From: Eukaryota sp. TZLM1-RC
Lineage: Eukaryota > Protista > Metamonada: BaSk clade
Direction: 5' to 3'
Length of the DNA: 64,000 nt
NCBI GenBank assembly: GCA_040285825.1
Contig: JAUPSS010000011.1
Location: forward strand, 755,658 to 819,657
The notes beneath the pieces are model-generated. The model searched no databases and was not told where the DNA came from. It saw nothing but the letters and a program-made list of their open reading frames with translations. Below, one piece after another: positions 1 through 14,500 of this stretch. The translations under genes were made by a program, and so were the position numbers. Each line of letters starts with the position of its first letter. Position 1 is the stretch's first letter.

Positions 1-1921
1 ATATTTGACCAACGATTGTAATAAACAACCATTGGTCAATATACGAAACTAGGAACTTCATATGAGCCTCAGTAAATCGTATCAAAACGATACTCTTACA
101 TTTACAGCAATTGTTTTATTAGTTTACAACATTCAATTGTATACTTTTTGATTTTTATTTTTTCAATTTAATGTTTAAAAATTAATAAACTCAATTAATT
201 CAAATATATACAAAATCAATTGAAAATGTAATCATGAGTTTGTACTGATCAAGTAACACATAGCCAACACTACTCACACACAATTTCACACAAAGTTTGA
301 TCACAAGTTGATCACATCTAGTACATAAGGACTACATGCAACTCACCTAATCATACCAATGACCATTCAACCAATCATACCAATGACTACTCAAATGACC
401 ATAGCACGGACTTTAACACCACAATTGTTATAATAATTGTCCCAAAATGGACTTTAAATATTTGACCAATGATTGTAATAAACAACCATTGGTCAATATA
501 CGAAACTAGGAACTTCATATGAGCCTCAGTAAATCGTATCAAAAACGATACTCTTACACTTACAGCAATGGTTATATTAGTTTGCAACATTCAATTGTAT
601 ACTTTTTGATTTTTTACTATTTTTACAATTTAATGTTTAAAAATTAATAACTCAATTAATTCAAATATATACAAAATCAATTGAAAATGTAATCATGAGT
701 TTGTTCTGATCAAGTAACACATAGCCAACATTACTCAGACACAATTTCACACAAAGTTTGATCACAAGTTGATCACATCTAGTACATAAGGACTACATGC
801 AACTCACCTAATCATACCAATGACCATTCAACCAATCATACCAATGACTACTCAAATGACCATAGCACGGACTTTAACACCACAATTGTTATAATAATTG
901 TCCCAAAATGGACTTTAAATATTTGACCAATGATTGTAATAAACAACCATTGGTCAATATACGAAACTAGGAACTTCATATGAGCCTCAGTAAATCGTAT
1001 CAAAAACGATACTCTTACACTTACAGCAATGGTTATATTAGTTTGCAACATTCAATTGTATACTTTTTGATTTTTTACTATTTTTACAATTTAATGTTTA
1101 AAAATTAATAACTCAATTAATTCAAATATATACAAAATCAATTGAAAATGTAATCATGAGTTTGTTCTGATCAAGTAACACATAGCCAACATTACTCACA
1201 CACAATTTCACACAAAGTTTGATCACAAGTTGATCACATCTGGTACATAAGGACTACATGCAACTCACCTAATCATACCAATGACCATTCAACCAATCAT
1301 ACCAATGACTACTCAAATGACCATAGCACGGACTTTAACACCACAATTGTTATAATAATTGTCCCAAAATGGACTTTAAATATTTGACCAATGATTGTAA
1401 TAAACAACCATTGGTCAATATACGAAACTAGGAACTTCATATGAGCCTCAGTAAATCGTATCAAAAACGATACTCTTACACTTACAGCAATGGTTATATT
1501 AGTTTGCAACATTCAATTGTATACTTTTTGATTTTTTACTATTTTTACAATTTAATGTTTAAAAATTAATAACTCAATTAATTCAAATATATACAAAATC
1601 AATTGAAAATGTAATCATGAGTTTGTTCTGATCAAGTAACACATAGCCAACATTACTCAGACACAATTTCACACAAAGTTTGATCACAAGTTGATCACAT
1701 CTAGTACATAAGGACTACATGCAACTCACCTAATCATACCAATGACCATTCAACCAATCATACCAATGACTACTCAAATGACCATAGCACGGACTTTAAC
1801 ACCACAATTGTTATAATAATTGTCCCAAAATGGACTTTAAATATTTGACCAATGATTGTAATAAACAACCATTGGTCAATATACGAAAACTAGGAACTTC
1901 ATATGAGCCTCAGTAAATCGT

Positions 1922-2737
1922 TCTTTTGCTGGTTTTGACTCAATCTGGGACAAACGAATTAAAATTTGCCAACGTCAAATCACTCATTTATTTTATAAGG
2001 AGAAATTGAGTCTTTTGAAGGAAAAACTATCAGAATGCGAACGACTACAATTTATTTCAAATTGTGACAGTCAATCTTCTTGTTTTTGAAAGTCTTGCCT
2101 ATTTCTCAAAATTTTACGTTCTCAGATGATTGCTTTAAATACCTAATAAATCTGAGATTGCTTCAAGGAGAACAATTTGTGATATGTCCTTTGTGTGGTT
2201 ATGGAGACCTAGGCTTAGATCACTCTTTTCAATGTAGAAAAGTCTCGAGAATGGTTACACAAAGACATGACGAAGTAAATAATATTATTAACGAATTAAA
2301 TAATTTTGAATCTGAAAAGGAATTTAAATTTGGTTTAAATAAGCAGTTACGTGTTGATGGCTTTCAAACGTCAACCAAAATTGCTTTTGATGTTACAATA
2401 GTTGGAGGTTATGGTAATAATTGGAGTGATGCTTTTTCGAAAGCTTATTCTGATAAAATTGCAAAGTATTCAATTTTAAAAGAATTAAATTTAATTAACC
2501 AAATTGTTCCTCTCGTTTTTAGTGTTCATGGGGGTTTTTACACTAAAACAAAAGTACTGTTTGACCAATTTGGATGGAATGAGGTAGCAAATGAAATTAG
2601 TTGTATCATTTTGAAGAATAGCTTTAAATGCCACAGTGCATTTAATTATATACTTCAAAAAAAAAGAGAAGATCGTCAATGTTGGTAGGTAGTTGTTTTT
2701 TTAGTATTCAAGTAGTTTCTTCTTAATTTTCAATAAA
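1922..2737 (+). mobile_element. 5'-truncated RLE-type non-LTR retrotransposon (family A), 3' end only
   Basis: ORF with CPLCG..HSFQC zinc finger, RHDEV, RVDG, FDVT, K..KY (RLE motifs). Ends in AATAAA. 10-bp TSD AGTAAATCGT at 1912-1921 and 2738-2747. Confidence 0.93.
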
Positions 2738-5172
2738 AGTAAATCGTATCAAAAACGATACTCTTACACTTACAGCAATGGTTATATTAGTTTGCAACAT
2801 TCAATTGTATACTTTTTGATTGTTTACTATTTTTACAATTTAATGTTTAAAAATTAATAACTCAATTAATTCAAATATATACAAAATCAATTGAAAATGT
2901 AATCATGAGTTTGTTCTGATCAAGTAACACATAGCCAACACTACTCAGACACAATTTCACACAAAGTTTGATCACAAGTTGATCACATCTAGTACATAAG
3001 GACTACATGCAACTCACCTAATCATACCAATGACCATTCAACCAATCATACCAATGACTACTCAAATGACCATAGCACGGACTTTAACACCACAATTGTT
3101 ATAATAATTGTCCCAAAATGGACTTTAAATATTTGACCAATGATTGTAATAAACAACCATTGGTCAATATACGAAACTAGGAACTTCATATGAGCCTCAG
3201 TAAATCGTATCAAAAACGATACTCTTACACTTACAGCAATGGTTATATTAGTTTGCAACATTCAATTGTATACTTTTTGATTTTTTACTATTTTTACAAT
3301 TTAATGTTTAAAAATTAATAACTCAATTAATTCAAATATATACAAAATCAATTGAAAATGTAATCATGAGTTTGTTCTGATCAAGTAACACATAGCCAAC
3401 ATTACTCACACACAATTTCACACAAAGTTTGATCACAAGTTGATCACATCTAGTACATAAGGACTACATGCAACTCACCTAATCATACCAATGACCATTC
3501 AACCAATCATGCCAATGACTACTCAAATGACCATAGCACGGACTTTAACACCACAATTGTTATAATAATTGTCCCAAAATGGACTTTAAATATTTGACCA
3601 ATGATTGTAATAAACAACCATTGGTCAATATACGAAACTAGGAACTTCATATGAGCCTCAGTAAATCGTATCAAAAACGATACTCTTACACTTACAGCAA
3701 TGGTTATATTAGTTTGCAACATTCAATTGTATACTTTTGATTTTTTACTATTTTACAATTTAATGTTTAAAAATTAATAACTCAATCAATTCAAATATAT
3801 ACAAAATCAATTGAAAATGTAATCATGAGTTTGTTCTGATCAAGTAACACATAGCCAACACTACTCACACACAATTTCACACAAAGTTTGATCACAAGTT
3901 GATCACATCTTGTACATAAGGACTACATGCAACTCATCTAATCATACCAATGACCATTCAACCAATCATACCAATGACTACTCAAATGACCATAGCACGG
4001 ACTTTAACACCACAATTGTTATAATAATTGTCCCAAAATGGACTTTAAATATTTGACCAACGATTGTAATAAACAACCATTGGTCAATATACGAAACTAG
4101 GAACTTCATATGAGCCTCAGTAAATCGTATCAAAAACGATACTCTTACACTTACAGCAATGGTTATATTAGTTTGCAACATTCAATTGTATACTTTTTGA
4201 TTTTTTACTATTTTTACAATTTAATGTTTAAAAATTTATAACTCAATTAATTCAAATATATACAAAATCAATTGAAAATGTAATCATGAGTTTGTTCTGA
4301 TCAAGTAACACATAGTCAACACTACTCACACACAATTTCACACAAAGTTTGATCACAAGTTGATCACATCTAGTACATAAAGACTACATGCAACTCATCT
4401 AATCATACCAATGACCATTCAACCAATCATACCAATGACTACTCAAATGACCATAGCACGGACTTTAACACCACAATTGTTATAATAATTGTCCCAAAAT
4501 GGACTTTAAATATTTGACCAACGATTGTAATAAACAACCATTGGTCAATATACGAAACTAGGAACTTCATATGAGCCTCAGTAAATCGTATCAAAAACGA
4601 TACTCTTACACTTACAGCAATGGTTATATTAGTTTGCAACATTCAATTGTATACTTTTTGATTTTTTACTTTTTTTACAATTTAATGTTTAAAAATTAAT
4701 ACACTCAATTAATTCAAATATATACAAAATCAATTGAAAATGTAATCATGAGTTTGTTCTGATCAAGTAACACATAGCCAACATTACTCACACACAATTT
4801 CACACAAAGTTTGATCACAAGTTGATCACATCTGGTACATAAGGACTACATGCAACTCACCTAATCATACCAATGACCATTCAACCAATCATACCAATGG
4901 CTACTCAAATGACCATAGCACGGACTTTAACACCACAATTGTTATAATAATTGTCCCAAAATGGACTTTAAATATTTGACCAACGATTGTAATAAACAAC
5001 CATTGGTCAATATACGAAACTGGGAACTTCATATGAGCCTCAGTAAATCGTATCAAAAACGATACTCTTACACTGACAGCAATTGTTGTATTAGTTTACA
5101 ACATTCAATTGTATACTTTTTGATTTTTTTACTATTTTTACAATTTAATGTTTAAAAATTAATAACTCAATT

Positions 5173-8100
5173 TTTTTTTCTCCCTCCATGCTTATCTATG
5201 CCTCCGAAGTCAGTTACTTCAAAACCTTCTAGAGGACGCCCTAAGAATTCTGTGACTACCTGTTCTTTGTGCAAAACTGTTGGTCACACAAAAACAACAT
5301 GTTCTCGGCGAAAAGTTTTGTCAGATGAAGCTGTATTGGCATCATTATCTTCACCTATTGAGTCTATTGAGCCTCCACAGATACTTCATTCGTCTTCAGT
5401 CAGTAGTAATACAAAATCATGTTTGTTCTGTTGTTCTCCAGTTTCTGGATTCAATGTTTCGGGTCGACCTCTTTTGGTTTGTGATTCTTGCACGCCAATT
5501 GATCCTTGTAGACCTCCATTTGCAATCCCTCAATTCGTTTCTCCTGCTCATTCGTCTTCTCTTGCAACAGTTATTCGATCTTTAACCTTCTCTCTTCGAA
5601 AGGGCATTTGGAATCCTTCGATTTTTTTGGAAATTTTTTTCTAAGGCTATGTCTTCACACAAGAAATCTAAATATAAGAAGTCGGTTCCACAATCTAAAA
5701 ATGTCAAAAAGCGCTTTGAGTCTTTGATTCTTCGTTCACAATACTCTTCAGCACTTAAATTATTGGCTGGTTCTTCTCCTGCTGCCTTCAATGATGAAAC
5801 ATTGGATTCTTTAAATTCTCTTCATCCACATGAAGACTTCACCATAAATCACATAGTCTCTGATAATGAACGTGATTTCTTCACTGCTAATCCTATCACT
5901 TGTGATGAAGTTAGTGTAGCTATTAAAGGACTTCCGTCTGGTCGTTCTGCTGGGCCTTCTGGACTTAGTTATGATCATTTGAAGTCCGCAGTCAACATAT
6001 GTCCAGAAATCGTGGATGATTTAGTTTTCTTTTTTAATAGTGTCATCATGGGACGTTTCAAGTTACCACAGGCGTTAATGGCATCTCGTTTAGTTGCTTT
6101 AAATAAGCCTGGAGGTGGTGTCAGACCTATTGCTGTTGGTGAGTCCATAACGAGATTATTAGCAATTATTTCTTTTTAAAAGAGTTAAGTCATCCGCAAT
6201 TAATTTTTTCGTCCTTATCAGTTTGCTATCGGAATTCCTGATGGCACAACATGTGCTGCGTTGTGTACAGATTTACTTTTCAATCAAAAAGGCGAAAATT
6301 ATTTATTGAACATTGATTTTAAAAATGCTTTCAACTCCGTTTTTCGCTCCAGTATTTTGCATGAACTTGAACTACACTATCCTCCACTTTTGCCGTATTT
6401 TTAAATTGATGTATGGATCACCCTCTAACTTAATTTTTCATTCTGAGAATATTGTTTCGTCAAGAGGGGTCAAACAAGGGGATCCATTGGGTCCATTTTT
6501 CTTTGCTTAGCACTGCAATCAGTTTTTGGTAAAATTTAAGTCGGATTTTCCTGACATTCATATATGTGCTTATGCAGATGATTTATCACTTATTGGCCCT
6601 TTGTCTCTTTTACAACACGGTTTACAACATTTTGTTTTTCTGGCCAAACAAATAGGGTTAGACATTAAATTGCCCAAGTGATTCATTATTGGTAATCAGC
6701 ATGCGGAGGTGGCATTTAATGAAACTTTTATCAAATACGTTGATTACGAGGAAGATGCTATTCGGTTTCTTGGATCTTATTTTGGAAATAGTGAAAAAGT
6801 TAAATCGATTTTGTCAGGTATTTTGGAAAAAATCGAAGAGCAACTTTTGGCTATTCAAGATCTACAAATTGACAAACATTTAGCGTTTTCGGTCCTCAAT
6901 GTGTGTTTTGGGTCAAAAATTAATCATCTTCTTCGTTCTTTATCTCCCACAATTTCTCATGATTTTGCACGTCAATTCAATACTTTGAGAACAAATTTCT
7001 TAGGAAATTTAGTAGAAGTTTGTCCGTCTAAAATTCCTTATCATGCATTTTTTAGTCCTAAATTTGGTGGAGTTGGTTTTTCAAAAGCAGAGTATTTATG
7101 CAAAAGTGCTTTTATTGGTGGTATGAAAAATTTTCTTTTGAATGGAAACTTCGTTTTGATCATATTCCTTTGAATGAATCACATCCTTTATTAATTTCTC
7201 TTGACAAAATGGTGCAAGAACTACCTGTTGATGTTTGGAATAGGAGTTTTTCCTTCAAGTTTGCCTGCTGTGCCTTCGAGATCTTTCACCAACCTTCATC
7301 TTGCTGTTGTGAAATTACAGAAGTCTGTTCTTATTGGTTTTGAAGACCTGGATTTTTCTAAACGACTTAGTGTGACTAAGATTAATAATCCCGTCTTTGC
7401 TGCCTTTTATCAGACATTCAGAACTGTACTAGTTTAATATCTCAGCAACCAAGGCCATTTGGTCTTCACTTAACAAATGAAGCTTGGAAACAAAACATGC
7501 GGTTGAGATTAGGGATGTATCCAAGTGGTCTTTTGGACAATTCTTATTGTATTTGTAACAAAAACCTACTGCCAATTTTCGTCATATTGTGAGCTGTAAG
7601 AAATTTCTCCAATATAGGTCAGTTCTTCATAATGCCGTTCGTGATGTGCCATATGAGATGTTCAAGTGTTACAATTTTAGTTGCAAAGTAGAACCTTTGT
7701 TGAAGCATTATAGTGATGATAATCTTTTTAATTCACGTCGAGGTGATTTAATTGCTCCTTTTGTGGATTCCTCTCAAGTTGTTGTTGATTTCACTACAGT
7801 TGATCCCTTTGCTTTTGTTTATCGCGATGATGTTTTACTTAGTACTAATGGTCATTTAAACAAGGCTGAAGATCGTAAGAGAGATAAATATACTGAGATA
7901 TTAAATGATTTAAATAAGAACCTTTATTCGAAGTTTTCGTTTGTTCCTTTTGCCTTTTCGATTTTTGGCAACATTGGACAATCCGCCTTGAATTTCATCA
8001 ATGATTTTGGTAATTTATGTCGTTCAAGTGGTAAGAATTTTGCAGAGAATTTATGGAAAAATCGTATCATTTTCGCTTTGTACAGAAGTGTTCCCAAGTA

Positions 8101-8220
8101 CTTGAGTTTAATGATGTCTAGACTTTATAAGGATTCATCAAGAGTTGGCGTGGAGAATTTAGTTTCTTATGTGTTTTAGTTTGTTCTATTTGATTCTTCA
8201 TAGAAAATAAATAAATAAAT
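5173..8220 (+). mobile_element. Apparently full-length ~3-kb CRE-like RLE non-LTR retrotransposon inserted in the satellite
   Basis: Starts with a T-run; ATG at 5198; ends in (TAAA)n. TSD ACTCAATT at 5165-5172 and 8221-8228; the array resumes in register. Confidence 0.93.
5198..8179 (+). pseudogene. Frameshifted single ORF: AT-hook + CCHC knuckle + reverse transcriptase + Zn finger + RLE endonuclease
   Basis: RGRP, CSLCKTVGHTKTTC, SAGPSG, GGVRPIAVGE, DFKNAFNS, GVKQGDPLGP, AYADD (~6568), HNAVRD, RGDL, VDFT, AEDRKRDKY in order across consecutive frames. Confidence 0.9.
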
Positions 8221-9144
8221 ACTCAATTAATTCAAATATATACAAAATCAATTGAAAATGTAATCATGAGTTTGTACTGATCAAGTAACACATAGCCAAC
8301 ACTACTCACACACAATTTCACACAAAGTTTGATCACAAGTTGATCACATCTAGTACATAAGGACTACATGCAACTCATCTAATCATACCAATGACCATTC
8401 AACCAATCATACCAATGACTACTCAAATGACCATAGCACGGACTTTAACACCACAATTGTTATAATAATTGTCCCAAAATGGACTTTAAATATTTGACCA
8501 ACGATTGTAATAAACAACCATTGGTCAATATACGAAACTAGAAACTTCATATGAGCCTCAGTAAATCGTATCAAAAACGATACTCTTACATTTACAGCAA
8601 TTGTTTTATTAGTTTACAACATTCAATTGTATACTTTTTGATTTTTTATTTTTTTTCAATTTAATGTTTAAAAATTAATAAACTCAATTAATTCAAATAT
8701 ATACAAAATCAATTGAAAATGTAATCATGAGTTTGTACTGATCAAGTAACACATAGCCAACACTACTCACACACAATTTCACACAAAGTTTGATCACAAG
8801 TTGATCACATCTAGTACATAAGGACTACATGCAACTCATCTAATCATACCAATGACCATTCAACCAATCATACCAATGACTACTCAAATGACCATAGCAC
8901 GGACTCTAACACCACAATTTTTATAATAATTGTCCCAAAATGGACTTTAAATATTTGACCAACGATTGTAATAAACAACCATTGGTCAATATACGAAACT
9001 AGGAACTTCATATGAGCCTCAGTAAATCGTATCAAAAACGATACTCTTACACTTACAGCAATGGTTATATTAGTTTGCAACATTCAATTGTATACTTTTT
9101 GATTTTTTACTATTTTTACAATTTAATGTTTAAAAATTAATAAC

Positions 9145-9889
9145 AAATTAAATTATGAGGTAAATTATCAGGCCAGATAAAGGAACGAAATCTCATATTC
9201 AGATATTGTAAATGTTCTCGAGAAATTACAACTACTCATTTGTTAAATTGTAAACATTTTATTACTTTTAGAAGCAAGGTTCATGATGCTGTAAGAGACC
9301 AGTTATATTGTATGTGTAAATCTCATAGAATTGAATCCTTCTTGGAACCTTTGTTGTCAAATCTGTTTGATGCTGAAAATGATTTTCATAAGAATAATAG
9401 AGGTGATGTCATATTACCTGGATTAGATGGAAGCTTCATTTTATTGGATGTAATGTCTGTTGATCCTGGTAATGCCTCAAATGAAAGGCTTGTTAATTCT
9501 GAAATTCATAATCCCCTTTCAAATGCTGAAAATTTTAAATTCAAAAATACAATGAACCTTTGTCCAAATTGGCCAGTCTACAGCATGCAAAAATACAATT
9601 TGTATCCATTTGTATTTTCCCTTTTGGTTCACTTGCACCAACTGCTTTACGTTTTTGGATGATTTTGAAATGATTGTAAAGAGAAGAACTGGCAGAAATT
9701 TCAACAGATTGTTTTTGGCAAAATAGAATTGTGTTTTTCTATTTTTAAGGGGATGTTGAAGATGGTTTCTGATGCTTTGCTTTCTCTTGGATCTCACTAT
9801 GAGAGAGTTGCATCTAGTGTTTTTGTTTTGGGAGAGATGGACTTTTTAGATGTTGATTTATAGGTTTAGAATAAAATTAAATTTTAAAA
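9145..9889 (+). mobile_element. 5'-truncated, 5'-inverted RLE retrotransposon (family C)
   Basis: Matches the 3' part of the 28406-30862 element. The first ~58 bp are in the opposite orientation. A-tail; TSD AAAAATTAATAAC at 9132-9144 and 9890-9902. Confidence 0.92.
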
Positions 9890-10710
9890 AAAAATTAATA
9901 ACTCAATTAATTCAAATATATACAAAATCAATTGAAAATGTAATCATGAGTTTGTTCTGATCAAGTAACACATAGCCAACATTACTCACACACAATTTCA
10001 CACAAAGTTTGATCTCAAGTTGATCACATCTGGTACATAAGGACTACATGCAACTCGCCTAATCATACCAATGACCATTCAACCAATCATACCAATGACT
10101 ACTCAAATGACCATAGCACGGACTTTAACACCACAATTGTTATAATAATTGTCCCAAAATGGACTTTAAATATTTGACCAATGATTGTAATAAACAACCA
10201 TTGGTCAATATACGAAACTAGGAACTTCATATGAGCCTCAGTAAATCGTATCAAAAACGATACTCTTACACTTACAGCAATGGTTATATTAGTTTGCAAC
10301 ATTCAATTGTATACTTTTTGATTTTTTACTATTTTTACAATTTAATGTTTAAAAATTAATAACTCAATTAATTCAAATATATACAAAATCAATTGAAAAT
10401 GTAATCATGAGTTTGTTCTGATCAAGTAACACATAGCCAACATTACTCAGACACAATTTCACACAAAGTTTGATCACAAGTTGATCACATCTAGTACATA
10501 AGGACTACATGCAACTCACCTAATCATACCAATGACCATTCAACCAATCATACCAATGACTACTCAAATGACCATAGCACGGACTTTAACACCACAATTG
10601 TTATAATAATTGTCCCAAAATGGACTTTAAATATTTGACCAATGATTGTAATAAACAACCATTGGTCAATATACGAAACTAGGAACTTCATATGAGCCTC
10701 AGTAAATCGT

Positions 10711-11527
10711 TCTTTTGCTGGTTTTGACTCAATCTGGGACAAACGAATTAAAATTTGCCAACGTCAAATCACTCATTTATTTTATAAGGAGAAATTGAGT
10801 CTTTTGAAGGAAAAACTATCAGAATGCGAACGACTACAATTTATTTCAAATTGTGACAGTCAATCTTCTTGTTTTTTGAAAGTCTTGCCTATTTCTCAAA
10901 ATTTTACGTTCTCAGATGATTGCTTTAAATACCTAATAAATCTGAGATTGCTTCAAGGAGAACAATTTGTGATATGTCCTTTGTGTGGTTATGGAGACCT
11001 AGGCTTAGATCACTCTTTTCAATGTAGAAAAGTCTCGAGAATGGTTACACAAAGACATGACGAAGTAAATAATATTATTAACGAATTAAATAATTTTGAA
11101 TCTGAAAAGGAATTTAAATTTGGTTTAAATAAGCAGTTACGTGTTGATGGCTTTCAAACGTCAACCAAAATTGCTTTTGATGTTACAATAGTTGGAGGTT
11201 ATGGTAATAATTGGAGTGATGCTTTTTCGAAAGCTTATTCTGATAAAATTGCAAAGTATTCAATTTTAAAAGAATTAAATTTAATTAACCAAATTGTTCC
11301 TCTCGTTTTTAGTGTTCATGGAGGTTTTTACACTAAAACAAAAGTACTGTTTGACCAATTTGGATGGAATGAGGTAGCAAATGAAATTAGTTGTATCATT
11401 TTGAAGAATAGCTTTAAATGCCACAGAGCATTTAATTATATACTTCAAAAAAAAGAGAAGATCGTCAATGTTGGTAGGTAGTTGTTTTTTTTAGTATTCA
11501 AGTAGTTTCTTCTTAATTTTCAATAAA
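10711..11527 (+). mobile_element. Second copy of the family A truncated insertion
   Basis: Near-identical to 1922-2737, with the same 5' truncation point and the same TSD AGTAAATCGT (10701-10710, 11528-11537). Confidence 0.93.
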
Positions 11528-14500
11528 AGTAAATCGTATCAAAAACGATACTCTTACACTTACAGCAATGGTTATATTAGTTTGCAACATTCAATTGTAT
11601 ACTTTTTGATTTTTTACTATTTTTACAATTTAATGTTTAAAAATTAATAACTCAATTAATTCAAATATATACAAAATCAATTGAAAATGTAATCATGAGT
11701 TTGTTCTGATCAAGTAACACATAGCCAACACTACTCAGACACAATTTCACACAAAGTTTGATCACAAGTTGATCACATCTAGTACATAAGGACTACATGC
11801 AACTCACCTAATCATACCAATGACCATTCAACCAATCATACCAATGACTACTCAAATGACCATAGCACGGACTTTAACACCACAATTGTTATAATAATTG
11901 TCCCAAAATGGACTTTAAATATTTGACCAATGATTGTAATAAACAACCATTGGTCAATATACGAAACTAGGAACTTCATATGAGCCTCAGTAAATCGTAT
12001 CAAAAACGATACTCTTACACTAACAGCAATGGTTATATTAGTTTGCAACATTCAATTGTATACTTTTTGATTTTTTACTATTTTTACAATTTAATGTTAA
12101 AAAATTTAATGTTTAAATAACTCAATTAATTCAAATATATACAAAATCAATTGAAAATGTAATCATGAGTTTGTTCTGATCAAGTAACACATAGCCAACA
12201 TTACTCACACACAATTTCACACAAAGTTTGATCACAAGTTGATCACATCTAGTACATAAGGACTACATGCAACTCACCTAATCATACCAATGACCATTCA
12301 ACCAATCATGCCAATGACTACTCAAATGACCATAGCACGGACTTTAACACCACAATTGTTATAATAATTGTCCCAAAATGGACTTTAAATATTTGACCAA
12401 TGATTGTAATAAACAACCATTGGTCAATATACGAAACTAGGAACTTCATATGAGCCTCAGTAAATCGTATCAAAAACGATACTCTTACACTTACAGCAAT
12501 GGTTATATTAGTTTGCAACATTCAATTGTATACTTTTTGATTTTTTACTATTTTTACAATTTAATGTTTAAAAATTAATAACTCAATTAATTCAAATATA
12601 TACAAAATCAATTGAAAATGTAATCATGAGTTTGTTCTGATCAAGTAACACATAGCCAACACTACTCACACACAATTTCACACAAAGTTTGATCACAAGT
12701 TGATCACATCTTGTACATAAGGACTACATGCAACTCATCTAATCATACCAATGACCATTCAACCAATCATACCAATGACTACTCAAATGACCATAGCACG
12801 GACTTTAACACCACAATTGTTATAATAATTGTCCCAAAATGGACTTTAAATATTTGACCAACGATTGTAATAAACAACCATTGGTCAATATACGAAACCA
12901 GGAACTTCATATGAGCCTCAGTAAATCGTATCAAAAACGATACTCTTACACTTACAGCAATGGTTATATTAGTTTGCGACATTCAATTGTATACTTTTTG
13001 ATTTTTTACTATTTTTACAATTTAATGTTTAAAAATTAATAACTCAATTAATTCAAATATATACAAAATCAATTGAAAATGTAATCATGAGTTTGTTCTG
13101 ATCAAGTAACACATAGCCAACATTACTCACACACAATTTCACACAAAGTTTGATCACAAGTTGATCACATCTAGTACATAAGGACTACATGCAACTCACC
13201 TAATCATACCAATGACCATTCAACCAATCATACCAATGACTACTCAAATGACCATAGCACGGACTTTAACACCACAATTGTTATAATAATTGTCCCAAAA
13301 TGGACTTTAAATATATGACCAACGATTGTAATAAACAACCATTGGTCAATATACGAAACTAGGAACTTCATATGAGCCTCAGTAAATCGTATCAAAAACG
13401 ATACTCTTACACTTACAGCAATGGTTATATTAGTTTGCAACATTCAATTGTATACTTTTTGATTTTTTACTATTTTTACAATTTAATGTTTAAAAATTAA
13501 TAACTCAATTAATTCAAAAATATACAAAATCAATTGAAAATGTAATCATGAGTTTGTTCTGATCAAGTAACACATAGCCAACATTACTCACACACAATTT
13601 CACACAAAGTTTGATCACAAGTTGATCACATCTAGTACATAAGGACTACATGCAACTCACCTAATCATACCAATGACCATTCAACCAATCATACCAATGA
13701 CTACTCAAAAAAAAGGACTACCATAGCACGGACTTTAACACCACAATTGTTATATTAATTGTCCCAAAATGGACTTTAAAGATTTGACCAATGATTGTAA
13801 TAAACAACCATTGGTCAATATACGAAACTAGGAACTTCATATGAGCCTCAGTAAATCGTATCAAAAACGATACTCTTACACTTACAGCAATTGTTTTATT
13901 AGTTTACAACATTCAATTGTATACTTTTTGATTTTTTACTTTTTTTACAATTTAATGTTTAAAAATTAATAAACTCAATTAATTCAAATATATACAAAAT
14001 CAATTGAAAATGTAATCATGAGTTTGTACTGATCAAGTAACACATAGCCAACATTACTCACACACAATTTCACACAAAGTTTGATCACAAGTTGATCACA
14101 TCTAGTACATAAAGACTACATGCAACTCATCCAATCATACCAATGACCATTCAACCAATCATACCAATGACTACTCAAATGACCATAGCACGGACGTTAA
14201 CACCACAATTGTTATAATAATTGTCCCAAAATGGACTTTAAAGATTTGACCAACGATTGTAATAAACAACCATTGGTCAATATACGAAACTAGGAACTTC
14301 ATATGAGCCTCAGTAAATCGTATCAAAAACGATACTCTTACACTTACAGCAATTGTTTTATTAGTTTACAACATTCAATTGTATACTTTTTGATTTTTTA
14401 TTTTTTTTACAATTTAACGTTTAAAAATTAATAAACTCAAGTTCAAATATATACAAAATCAATTGAAAATGTAATCACGATTTTGTACTGATCAAGTAAC

